Assembly (NCBI GenBank): GCA_947178305.1
Contig: CAMWXV010000002.1
Coordinates: 16,676 to 80,675, forward strand
DNA from: an uncultured Porphyromonadaceae bacterium
GTDB taxonomy: Bacteria > Bacteroidota > Bacteroidia > Bacteroidales > Muribaculaceae
Length of the DNA: 64,000 nt
Reading direction: 5' to 3'
Made by a program: the position numbers and the translations under genes. Position 1 is the stretch's first letter. Each line of letters opens with the position of its first letter. Positions 20,195 through 29,551 of the stretch are shown piece by piece. The notes beneath the pieces are model-generated. The model had not been told where the DNA came from. It ran no database searches and saw nothing but the letters and a program-made list of their open reading frames with translations.

Positions 20195-23056
20195 TTATAA
20201 CTCTATTTTGACAACTTCCGCACCTACTTTCACCACATACACACCGTGCAACAGTGCAGGAGATGTTATTGCAGAACCTGAATCAACTGAGCCGGAAACT
20301 ATAGCCACACCGTTAACAGAGTATATGCCGTAAGTTTGCGTCATGCCACTGTTATTGGACAGCATAATGGTGTTGCCAATAGAGTTTATTTCTATACCCA
20401 ACGCAGTTTTCACGCCGTCAATGGACGAGAGTGTGGTAACAACCTCTATTTCATTTGATTCAAGACTCTTGAGCCCATCAACAGATGTAGCGCCAACAGT
20501 ATAGAAGTAATGAGTCTGTTTTTCAAGACCGGTCACTTCGTGGAGTGTTGCTACGCCCAATTCCTTATCCTGATATTCAGGCAGATATTTCTTGATGGTA
20601 GCACCGTTGTAGGCAAGAACAACGTCGTCAATAAATACGGATCCTGAAGTACGGACAAACTGAATTTGAACACTCTTGCATCCAAACGGCATTGCGGGCG
20701 TGGCAGATTCGTTGATGACAATTGTGGATGGGGCGCTTGTAAATTTGGACACGTCATAAGAGGCAACCTCTGTCCACATTCCGTTTATCAAGCCCATGAC
20801 TTTCAATGTTCCGGCAGTTGAAGCGGCTGATTTAACCCAGAATTCCACACCGTTGACATCCACATTATATGTGGGCGTACGAAGCAAATCGTTGTTTGCC
20901 GACAAACGCAATGAGGGGCGTGCGGTACCGAAAGTGCCGGCCATACCACTTGTGGCTGTGGCATTGGTGTACCAATCCTGAGGCAGAGCGGATAATCCGT
21001 CGGTGAAATCACACTCGTCAGTGGTAGGTTCGTTGAAAGATTTGGTGTAAACAGACAAATCATATGAAGCGGCTTTGTCCATTTCTTCCCAGCGAGCAAG
21101 GAACGAACCACCTGTTATATCGGTAGCCGAAAGTGCTTTAACCTGAAGCATATCAAATGTGGGAGGTGTGGTTTTGACACGAATGCGCTGCGAGTTGGCA
21201 CTCTTCTTGTCTCCACTGATGGCACGAACCACATAGCTGTAAGCAGTGTTAGGTGTAAGTCCGGAAATATCAAGATAACAATCGGACATTCCATTGGTCT
21301 GTTTGGTGAATGTTTGCATGGGGATGACTTCATCTCCCTTATACAAATCAATCTCGTAATTGAATATCTCGCTGCGGCCGGTCCAGTTGGCACGGAAGCT
21401 AATGGGACCCAACTCTGAAGCGTCAAGAGCATCCACCGGGGCTATTCTATCTCCACCTCCAAGAATATCAAAGGATATAACACCATCCTGTTCATGAATA
21501 TTTGTAATGGGTTTCTCTACTCTCACATTGGACCATGTGCGCATGGAAGGAACTGTGTTGTCAGTGAAAGAAGTGACATTACTTGTGCCAGGAAACGGAT
21601 CACCAGCCATGGTGTAATAATCGGCAATACCGTCTGCCTCCACAATGTCCACACGCATGTGTTGCGAACGAGAAATAGAGTTGACCTTATTATCTTTCCA
21701 TATCTGCGGATCGTAGTCAATGTGCCATATCAGCATTCCGTGTCCCGGCAAATAGCTGTCCCAACCACGACGCTGGCGGTTTTCAAGCAGATAATATTCG
21801 TTTTCAGATATTGTGGTAATCATCAACGCTTCATCATCGGACTCCGATTTTACGTCAAGGAACGATTTGAGCACCACTGTTTCACCCACTTTCAATTCAC
21901 GAGGATTAATCCATTTAAGACATGCGCGGTCGTAGATGCCCATATACGGAGGGGTATTACCATCATTAAGATATGAACCCACATCCATCAACTCAAACTG
22001 GTTGGGGGTGAAGCTTGATGAACCATCGGTGGCATATAGGTCTGGCAAACCGAGTACGTGGCTGAATTCGTGACAGAAAGTACCGATACCTGTGCGTACA
22101 CTTCCGGTAGTACCCTGAATCTCATTGGTACAAGCATAGTTACCCACCTGCACACCGTCAAGCACCAATTTGATGCCACCGTATGTGTAAATGTTAGCTG
22201 CATGCGGCCATATGGTGTGAGATGGCGCACCACTGTTCTGACCATATCCGGCATAGAAAACAAACACATTGTCAACCATGCCGTCACCGTCTTCATCATA
22301 CATAGAAAAATCCACGTCGCCATCGGCCAACGAGCAGGCATCTGCCACCATCTCATAAGGATTGATATCATGCAGATTGGCTGTTTCACGACCGTAATAG
22401 GCCATGTCATTTGGCAATGTATAAGGTCCGAACACGTCAAATTCAGGTGTAAACAAACCACGGCTATTGTCCACAAAATACTCTCTCGCGCTACCTGTGG
22501 CACCATTATGGTCATATCCGTCTTTGGTCATAAGATCAGTAAATGCCTGCAACGGATTAGGTGTGATGAATTTCTGATCAGGAAATTGCACCAACAGCAC
22601 CAGCGCACGAGGAGAACCGAGTGATGGATAAGCGGTGAGAAGGTCGGTGAACTGGCTTCCGGCCTTGGGCGTTTTGGTGTTCATGCTCTGCCTATATGCC
22701 ACTTGCTTAAGCTGTGCTACAGTCTCAGAACCTATGGAGTTGATGAATTCCAATTCTCGGGCCGAACGCATATCCGGATTGTGAGCAACAACACCGCTTG
22801 ATTTCAACTTATTGTCGCTTTGAGTTGCATAACAAAGGTAACCTTTGTCATCGGCCACAAGCAAATGATCATCGGTCGTGGTGTAATAATGGAATTTTTC
22901 GTCACCATGCACGCGCACAGTGATGGTGGAGCCATCGGGCAATGTCATGGTCACAGGCGTAGGGATAGCCGGAATGGCATGAACCTTTTCCGGCACCATG
23001 CAGCATATAGCCGTAAGCGCCAACCCAGCAAGAAAAGTAGAAATTTTCATAAGCAT
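20195..23056 (-). CDS. M6 family (immune inhibitor A-like) metalloprotease with FN3 domains and T9SS CTD
   Basis: Propeptide GDE.FHY, TIWPHA, zinc motif CHEFSHVLGLPDLY, EYYLLENRQ..GWD..LPGHGMLIWHIDY, CTD HGVYVVKVGAEVVKIEL. Confidence 0.92.
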   Translation of the reverse strand: MLMKISTFLAGLALTAICCMVPEKVHAIPAIPTPVTMTLPDGSTITVRVHGDEKFHYYTTTDDHLLVADDKGYLCYATQSDNKLKSSGVVAHNPDMRSARELEFINSIGSETVAQLKQVAYRQSMNTKTPKAGSQFTDLLTAYPSLGSPRALVLLVQFPDQKFITPNPLQAFTDLMTKDGYDHNGATGSAREYFVDNSRGLFTPEFDVFGPYTLPNDMAYYGRETANLHDINPYEMVADACSLADGDVDFSMYDEDGDGMVDNVFVFYAGYGQNSGAPSHTIWPHAANIYTYGGIKLVLDGVQVGNYACTNEIQGTTGSVRTGIGTFCHEFSHVLGLPDLYATDGSSSFTPNQFELMDVGSYLNDGNTPPYMGIYDRACLKWINPRELKVGETVVLKSFLDVKSESDDEALMITTISENEYYLLENRQRRGWDSYLPGHGMLIWHIDYDPQIWKDNKVNSISRSQHMRVDIVEADGIADYYTMAGDPFPGTSNVTSFTDNTVPSMRTWSNVRVEKPITNIHEQDGVISFDILGGGDRIAPVDALDASELGPISFRANWTGRSEIFNYEIDLYKGDEVIPMQTFTKQTNGMSDCYLDISGLTPNTAYSYVVRAISGDKKSANSQRIRVKTTPPTFDMLQVKALSATDITGGSFLARWEEMDKAASYDLSVYTKSFNEPTTDECDFTDGLSALPQDWYTNATATSGMAGTFGTARPSLRLSANNDLLRTPTYNVDVNGVEFWVKSAASTAGTLKVMGLINGMWTEVASYDVSKFTSAPSTIVINESATPAMPFGCKSVQIQFVRTSGSVFIDDVVLAYNGATIKKYLPEYQDKELGVATLHEVTGLEKQTHYFYTVGATSVDGLKSLESNEIEVVTTLSSIDGVKTALGIEINSIGNTIMLSNNSGMTQTYGIYSVNGVAIVSGSVDSGSAITSPALLHGVYVVKVGAEVVKIEL

Positions 23057-23240
23057 TGTGATATTTGCACTACAATTCCGAAACTAACAGAATTACAGCA
23101 CGTTCTTGAAATAATTACATAAATACTCTAAAAATATAACATTTGGCAAAATTAGTCATATTTTTACTAAAAGCAAGATATTTGCAACAATTTTAACCAT
23201 TAACGACTGCTTTTGACAACGAACAATAACATATTAGTAC

Positions 23241-23286
23241 AAAAAGCACGCAAGGAGAGCACACTACGAGGTGTACTCTCCTTGCG
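23241..23286 (-). terminator. Intrinsic terminator of the sdh/frd operon
   Basis: CGCAAGGAGAG.../...CTCTCCTTGCG stem; A5 on the left reads as a T-tail on the minus strand. Confidence 0.8.
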
Positions 23287-23306
23287 AATTATTTTACTGA
23301 CTAAAA

Positions 23307-24062
23307 TTAGTCTGCTATCTTGGCTTTGATGAACTCACGGTTCATACGAGCGATATTGCTCAAAGGCTCGTTCTTGGGACATTCGGCAGCGCAAGCACCA
23401 GTGTTGGTACAGTTACCGAAACCAAGTTCGTCCATCTTTTTGACCATGGCGCGAGCACGGCGAGCGCGTTCCACCTGACCTTGTGGAAGAAGGGCAAACT
23501 GGCTAACTTTTGATGCCACAAAGAGCATTGCAGAGCCGTTTTTACAAGCGGCCACACAAGCACCACAACCAATACAGGTAGCTGCGTCCATAGCCACATC
23601 GGCTACTTCCTTGGAGATAGGAGTGGCATTTGCATCAGGGGCACCACCGCAGTTAAACGATACATAACCACCAGCCTGCTGGATTTGGTCAAATGCGTTA
23701 CGGTTCACCATAAGGTCGCGAACCACGGGGAACGCAGCTGAGCGCCAAGGCTCAATGGTTATAGTGTCACCGTTCTTGAATTTACGCATGTGCAACTGGC
23801 AGGTAGTGATACCCTGCACAGGGCCGTGAGGATGACCGTTGATGTACAGAGAGCACATTCCGCAGATACCTTCGCGGCAGTCGCTGTCAAACACCACAGG
23901 CTCCTCGTTTTTATCCACGAGCTGCTGGTTGAGCATATCAAGCATCTCCAGGAAGCTGCTTCCGGTGGATACGTTGTCGAGATGATAGTTGACGAACTGA
24001 CCCTTTTCCTTAGGACCACGCTGACGCCAAATTTTCAAGTTTATGCTTATTGTTGTTTCCAT
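23307..24062 (-). CDS. sdhB: Succinate dehydrogenase/fumarate reductase iron-sulfur subunit
   Basis: [27 protein letters not shown] clusters. Confidence 0.96.
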   Translation of the reverse strand: METTISINLKIWRQRGPKEKGQFVNYHLDNVSTGSSFLEMLDMLNQQLVDKNEEPVVFDSDCREGICGMCSLYINGHPHGPVQGITTCQLHMRKFKNGDTITIEPWRSAAFPVVRDLMVNRNAFDQIQQAGGYVSFNCGGAPDANATPISKEVADVAMDAATCIGCGACVAACKNGSAMLFVASKVSQFALLPQGQVERARRARAMVKKMDELGFGNCTNTGACAAECPKNEPLSNIARMNREFIKAKIAD

Positions 24063-24099
24063 TGAAGTCTTTGAATTTTAGATATACGTGGTATCGGGA

Positions 24100-26133
24100 T
24101 TACGACTTGTAGTTACGAGTTTGTACCTTTATGGCCTCGTACTTGAGGGGCTCTTTGAGCAACACGGGCTTTTCGTTGTCGCCGGTGTACTTCCAACAGC
24201 TCACATACATGTAGTTCTCGTCGTCGCGGGCAGCCTCGCCATCGGCAGTCTGGTACTCTTCACGGAAGTGAGCGCCGCAAGATTCGTTACGGTGCAGAGC
24301 GTCTATAGCCATCATCTTGGCCATGACAAGGAAGTCTTCCAAACGCAAAGCCTTTTCAAGCTCAATGTTGAGATCATCGGCATTACCAACGATACGCAGG
24401 TCGGTGTAGAATTCCTTCTTCACATCCTCAAGCTCGTCAAGTGCCTTAACGAGGCTCTGAAGAGTGCGACCCATACCAACGAGGTTCCACATTACGTGAC
24501 CGAGACGTTTGTGAATCTGGTCGGGGCTCTTGGTTCCCTTGATGTTCATGAGTTTGTTGATACGCTCACGTACACCTTTTTCAGCTTCGTCAAACTCGGG
24601 ATGAGTGGTGTCGAATGTTGAACGTGCCACCTTGATCTGGTCGCTGAGGTAGTTCTGCATGGTGTACGGCAAAACGAAGTAACCATCGGCAAGACCCTGC
24701 ATGAGGGCAGATGCACCAAGACGGTTAGCACCGTGGTCGGAGAAGTTACATTCACCTATAGCGAACAGACCCTTGATAGAGGTTTGCAATTCGTAGTCAA
24801 CCCATATACCACCCATAGTGTAGTGTGAAGCGGGGAATATCATCATGGGAGTTTCATAGGGGTTGTCATCAGAAATCATCTGATACATATCAAAGAGGTT
24901 GCCATAACGGTCGCGAACCACATCGGCACCCAGGCGCTCTATGGCGTATTTGAAGTCAAGATATACAGCATTGCCTGTACCTACACCATAACCGGCATCG
25001 CAACGCTCTTTGGCGGCACGTGAAGCGATGTCTCGGGGACAGAGGTTACCGAATGCGGGATAACGGCGCTCCAGGTAGAAGTCACGATCCTCATCGGGTA
25101 TATCTGTGGGTTTCTTCTTGCCGGCACGGATAGCTTCGGCATCTTCTTTCTTTTTGGGCACCCAGATACGGCCGTCGTTACGGAGCGATTCGCTCATAAG
25201 TGTGAGCTTGCTCTGGTCTTCACCGTGTACGGGGATACAAGTGGGGTGAATCTGAGTGAACGCGAGGTTACTCAAATATGCGCCTTTCTTGAACACCTGA
25301 ACAGCGGCAGAGCCGTTACAGCCCATAGCATTTGTGCTCAAGAAGAATGTGCGGCCATAACCACCGGTGGCAAGAACCACTGCGTGAGCGGCATAACGCT
25401 CAAGTTCACCTGTGATGAGGTTGCGCACAATGATACCGCGGGCACGGCCGTCTATGATAACAACGTCAAGCATTTCGCGACGGTTGAACGAGCGCACGGT
25501 GCCTTTGTTGATCTGACGGTTGAGTGAAGCGTAAGCACCGAGCAACAACTGCTGACCGGTCTGACCCTTGGCATAGAAAGTACGGCTCACCTGTGCACCA
25601 CCGAATGAACGGTTGGCCAACAGACCACCGTATTCGCGTGCAAAAGGTACACCCTGCTGAACGCACTGGTCAATGATATTGTTGCTCACCTCGGCCAAAC
25701 GATATACGTTGGCTTCGCGAGAACGGAAGTCACCACCTTTTACTGTGTCGTAGAACAAACGGTAGATAGAGTCACCGTCGTTCTGATAATCTTTAGCGGC
25801 ATTGATACCACCCTGTGCGGCAATAGAGTGAGCGCGACGGGGTGAGTCCTGAATGCAGAAGTTGTAGACATTGAAGCCCATCTCTGCAAGAGTGGATGCT
25901 GCGGAAGCACCGGCAAGACCGGTACCCACAACTATGATGTCAAGATTACGCTTGTTGGCGGGGTTCACGAGCTTTTGGTGAGCCTTGTAGTTGGTCCACT
26001 TTTCAGCCACAGGGCCTTCAGGTATCTTGGAATCAATCTGATATTCGGGGAGCTTTGACGACTCAATGTCGGCGTAGTCCTTCATGATGGGGGTAGAGTC
26101 AATCATACCCTTCAGTTTGCTTAAGTCTGCCAT
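24100..26133 (-). CDS. sdhA: Succinate dehydrogenase/fumarate reductase flavoprotein subunit
   Basis: [39 protein letters not shown]. Confidence 0.97.
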   Translation of the reverse strand: MADLSKLKGMIDSTPIMKDYADIESSKLPEYQIDSKIPEGPVAEKWTNYKAHQKLVNPANKRNLDIIVVGTGLAGASAASTLAEMGFNVYNFCIQDSPRRAHSIAAQGGINAAKDYQNDGDSIYRLFYDTVKGGDFRSREANVYRLAEVSNNIIDQCVQQGVPFAREYGGLLANRSFGGAQVSRTFYAKGQTGQQLLLGAYASLNRQINKGTVRSFNRREMLDVVIIDGRARGIIVRNLITGELERYAAHAVVLATGGYGRTFFLSTNAMGCNGSAAVQVFKKGAYLSNLAFTQIHPTCIPVHGEDQSKLTLMSESLRNDGRIWVPKKKEDAEAIRAGKKKPTDIPDEDRDFYLERRYPAFGNLCPRDIASRAAKERCDAGYGVGTGNAVYLDFKYAIERLGADVVRDRYGNLFDMYQMISDDNPYETPMMIFPASHYTMGGIWVDYELQTSIKGLFAIGECNFSDHGANRLGASALMQGLADGYFVLPYTMQNYLSDQIKVARSTFDTTHPEFDEAEKGVRERINKLMNIKGTKSPDQIHKRLGHVMWNLVGMGRTLQSLVKALDELEDVKKEFYTDLRIVGNADDLNIELEKALRLEDFLVMAKMMAIDALHRNESCGAHFREEYQTADGEAARDDENYMYVSCWKYTGDNEKPVLLKEPLKYEAIKVQTRNYKS

Positions 26134-26165
26134 ATCTGTGATTGGTGTGTATTATGCGTTAATAA

Positions 26166-26978
26166 TTATTCGGCCACAGGGGCATTGGGGCATTCAGTGG
26201 TGCATTGTGTTGCGCAACCGGCGGTGCCAGTCTCGGCGCCTTCAGAAGCATACTCCACATACTGCTCCAACAGAGCCGGACACTTCAAATACGTTTTGTT
26301 ATTGGCATTCACGGTAAACACCACGGCCTGAGCAATAAACAAAGCTACCACGATGGAAGTCCACCAGCAGGCAATGCTCTTGAGACGGGGCAACCAAATG
26401 TCATTTTCCCAACCGCAGCTCTGGAACATGCTCCAGAAACCATGGTTCATGTGGAACCACAAAGCTACGAAACCAATAATGTAAACCACAGGAGTCCACC
26501 ACTGAGAGAAAGCAGCCTGAATGAACAGGGTTCCAGCCTGAGGAGGCACAGGAAGACCGTCCACAGTGGCAGGAGTGTGCATGATTTCAGCAAGCTGCAT
26601 CTTGGCCCAGAACTGGATAAGATGAAGCAGGAGGAATGCAACGATCACGATACCGAGTACCAGCATGTTCTGTGAAGACCATTCCACACCTTTGGGTTTG
26701 GCAACAACAGCATAACGGTCGGCACCGCGAGCCTTACGGTTTTGAAGAGTGAGCCACACTGCATAGCAGATGTGGATGATGAACAAAGCGGCCAGACCCA
26801 TAGATGCCACGAGAGCATACCAGTTGGCACCCAAGAAGTTGCAAATTTCGTTATAGGCTGCAGGCCAGAAAATTGCAACACCGTTCATCACACAGTGAAA
26901 GGTTACAAAAAGGACCAAGCAGGCTCCGGTAATAGCCATTACGAGCTTGCGTCCTACAGATGAGCTTGTTAACCACAT
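26166..26978 (-). CDS. sdhC: Succinate dehydrogenase/fumarate reductase cytochrome b subunit
   Basis: SSVGRKLVMAITG..LVLFVTFH, LWFHMNHGFWSMFQS; heme-ligating His residues; operon context. Confidence 0.95.
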   Translation of the reverse strand: MWLTSSSVGRKLVMAITGACLVLFVTFHCVMNGVAIFWPAAYNEICNFLGANWYALVASMGLAALFIIHICYAVWLTLQNRKARGADRYAVVAKPKGVEWSSQNMLVLGIVIVAFLLLHLIQFWAKMQLAEIMHTPATVDGLPVPPQAGTLFIQAAFSQWWTPVVYIIGFVALWFHMNHGFWSMFQSCGWENDIWLPRLKSIACWWTSIVVALFIAQAVVFTVNANNKTYLKCPALLEQYVEYASEGAETGTAGCATQCTTECPNAPVAE

Positions 26979-27169
26979 AGCGTTTCTGAATTTTAAGGTT
27001 ATTGTTGATTATTTGGATTAGTCTATCGCTAATTAACCGCAAATTTAATGCAATTTAACGAACCGCGCCAATAATTACAGAAAAAAATCTCCATAACAAC
27101 GGCTCTTTCCGCTCATTTTTCATCCTGCTTCCGTAACTTTGCACCCACAACAGCCACAAACCGTTAATC

Positions 27170-28270
27170 ATGAACCGCAACACCACCATATCCATACTCA
27201 AAGGAATCGCAATTATTCTTATGGTAATAGGCCATGCCGAAGCGCCCGAAATGCTAACCAATTTTATCTACACATTTCATATGCCGCTGTTTTTTATGGC
27301 AGCCGGATATTTCTTTGACCGCAAATACCTGAGTCAGCCAGGAGTGTTCATAGGCAAGCGCATCAAAGGGCTTTATCTGCCGTTTCTGAAATGGAGTATC
27401 CTGCTATTGCTACTCCACAATGTGTGGCACCATTTCGGCATTCTCAATGAGAGTTTCGGCAACTGGACCGGAGGAGTGACGCACCCCTACACCTTGAAAA
27501 TAGCCGCACAGCGACTTATGCACATAGTAACCTCCATGAGCGGATATGACGAATTCATGGCCGGAGCATTCTGGTTTTTCCGCGGATTGTTAGTGGCAAG
27601 CGTAATGTTTCTATTGCTGTACAAAACCATTGACTCCACAGGCAGGTTCTCTCCCAACGGCGCAGTACTCACCATATGCCTTGCATCTGTGGGGTTCACA
27701 GCATGGCACATATACTGCGGAGCCAAACTCCCTATACCCAACGGCGGATGGCGCGAAACATGGGGTGTGTTCTTTTTCGGCACCGGAGTGCTGTTTCGCC
27801 AATACGAACCACGAATACGCCAGCATTGGGCTTTGTGCCTGACTTACTTTCTGCTGCTGTGCGAGGCTGCATGGCTGCACCTTTCGGGCATGAATAACCG
27901 TGGGTTATGGCGTGATCTGTGGTCACTGCCGCTCACCGGCACCCTCGGATTCCTGATGGTCCACTACATAGCCTCGGTCATAGACCGCCATGACTCCCGA
28001 TTTCGTTCTATATTGATATTCATAGGCAACAACACAATGAGCATATTTGTGTGGCACATACTCAGCTTCAAAGTCGTGAGTCTGATAAAAATATGGCACT
28101 ACGGACTGGAATGGGAGCAGATAGGATGTCACATGGTGATTCACTACAACAATCACCAGGACCTGTACTGGGTGCTATACTCCATAGCCGGAGTGGCCAT
28201 ACCTCTGCTCGTGACCGTGGCTTTTAGGAAAGCACGAAACCAATACGGCTTATTTAGGCTCAGAGGATAG
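27170..28270 (+). CDS. Acyltransferase family 3 membrane protein
   Basis: ILKGIAIILMVIGH, IYTFHMPLFF, multiple TM segments. Confidence 0.9.
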   Translation: MNRNTTISILKGIAIILMVIGHAEAPEMLTNFIYTFHMPLFFMAAGYFFDRKYLSQPGVFIGKRIKGLYLPFLKWSILLLLLHNVWHHFGILNESFGNWTGGVTHPYTLKIAAQRLMHIVTSMSGYDEFMAGAFWFFRGLLVASVMFLLLYKTIDSTGRFSPNGAVLTICLASVGFTAWHIYCGAKLPIPNGGWRETWGVFFFGTGVLFRQYEPRIRQHWALCLTYFLLLCEAAWLHLSGMNNRGLWRDLWSLPLTGTLGFLMVHYIASVIDRHDSRFRSILIFIGNNTMSIFVWHILSFKVVSLIKIWHYGLEWEQIGCHMVIHYNNHQDLYWVLYSIAGVAIPLLVTVAFRKARNQYGLFRLRG

Positions 28271-29030
28271 CCGCCACTTCCTTAAAAGCATAAGTGAACG
28301 TGCGTCCTTCCGTGTCAGTAAGCTGCAAATGACCAGTTGGAAGCACACCGGTTATGGCCGCTGAGAACAAACGACCCGACTGCGGTTCCATATACGGATG
28401 TATACCTTGGCGTCGCCAAAGGCAACTTATGTACGCTGCATGAAGCTCCGCAAACAAAGCCGGATCATCATAGTGGCCAACTGCGTCAAAAATCAGCTTG
28501 GCAAGCATGGATTCAACTTGCTCTATATTGTATGTAGCCCCAGTGAGCTGTGCGAGCGACACCGGATTTGGAGCCGGCGACACAAATTCGGTCTGGTTTA
28601 TATTCAGTCCTATGCCCGCTATGGTGTGGGATATGCCGGATGATGTGAGCGAATGCTCTATCAGTATACCACAAATTTTACTATTTGCAACATATATGTC
28701 GTTGGGCCATTTTATCGCCACCTGTGATGCATAAGGCGTGTCGGCGAGAACCAACCGCAAATATTCCACTATGGCAAGCGAAATCATTTCCGAAAGCATG
28801 AATTGCTCATTGGGTCTTACATTGCGCGGACGCAAAAGCATGGACATGGTGACATTCTGTCCCGGGGCGGCCTCCCACGAGTTGCCACGCTGCCCGCGTC
28901 CTGCGGTTTGCTCCACAAGGCTAATCACCGTGCCGTGAGACAATCGAGCAGCCTGCGCGGCGAGAATAGAATTGGACGATGTGCCTTGCAGCAATCTGAT
29001 TATATGTGGTTGGGAAAGATTTGTGCTCAT
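28260..29030 (-). CDS. birA: Biotin--[acetyl-CoA-carboxylase] ligase
   Basis: QTAGRGQRGNSW, IKWPNDIY...KICGILIE, GIGLNINQ. Confidence 0.96.
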   Translation of the reverse strand: MSTNLSQPHIIRLLQGTSSNSILAAQAARLSHGTVISLVEQTAGRGQRGNSWEAAPGQNVTMSMLLRPRNVRPNEQFMLSEMISLAIVEYLRLVLADTPYASQVAIKWPNDIYVANSKICGILIEHSLTSSGISHTIAGIGLNINQTEFVSPAPNPVSLAQLTGATYNIEQVESMLAKLIFDAVGHYDDPALFAELHAAYISCLWRRQGIHPYMEPQSGRLFSAAITGVLPTGHLQLTDTEGRTFTYAFKEVAAIL

Positions 29031-29035
29031 GCGGG

Positions 29036-29043
29036 CAAAATTA
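29036..29043 (-). promoter_or_regulatory. Sigma-A -7 element (TAATTTTG) of birA, 5 nt before ATG
   Basis: Matches TAnnTTTG consensus. Confidence 0.65.
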
Positions 29044-29085
29044 CGTAAAAATGCCGGTCAACAGAGCAAAAAACGAAAAGAAAAA

Positions 29086-29117
29086 TTGACAATGGTGTTT
29101 TTGCCAACATACCTTTG
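29086..29117 (+). promoter_or_regulatory. Host sigma-A type promoter of the capsid module (TTG ... TACCTTTG)
   Basis: TACCTTTG at 29110-29117, 23 nt before ATG 29141; TTG 21 nt upstream of it. Confidence 0.6.
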
Positions 29118-29140
29118 TGCCAACGATAAACACCAACGAG

Positions 29141-29518
29141 ATGAAAACCACAGAAAAACAAACAAAAGAGCAAGCTGAAAAGCTCAGCCAACCACCATTG
29201 AAAACAATGGCCAAAAGCCAAGAGACATCCACAGCTGAGTCTTCTACTCAAGCAACCGAACCACCCTCTATGACAGAAGAGAAAACAACCGAATCTCAAC
29301 CGGATCCGACAAATATGGTGGCAAGAGACGAGGTGAACCGCCTTGTAGCAGAAGCCGAAGCGAGAGGGTATCTACGTGGACGCAATGAAACAGCCGCAGA
29401 AAGCATGCATACTCCCCAATTATGGGAAAACCCGCGAAGAACAGTTATGGAACAAGAGTGCGAGCCGGACCCTGCAAGCGGTTTCTTATCAAAATTACGC
29501 CCGGGCGTGTGGGACTAA
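29141..29518 (+). CDS. Putative capsid scaffolding-like protein
   Basis: Low-complexity E/T/Q/S-rich N-terminus, helix LVAEAEARGYLRGRNE, C-terminal ...GVWD; directly upstream of the MCP gene. Confidence 0.5.
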   Translation: MKTTEKQTKEQAEKLSQPPLKTMAKSQETSTAESSTQATEPPSMTEEKTTESQPDPTNMVARDEVNRLVAEAEARGYLRGRNETAAESMHTPQLWENPRRTVMEQECEPDPASGFLSKLRPGVWD

Positions 29519-29551
29519 ATCAAATTTCAATAAATCATTAAATTATTTGCT

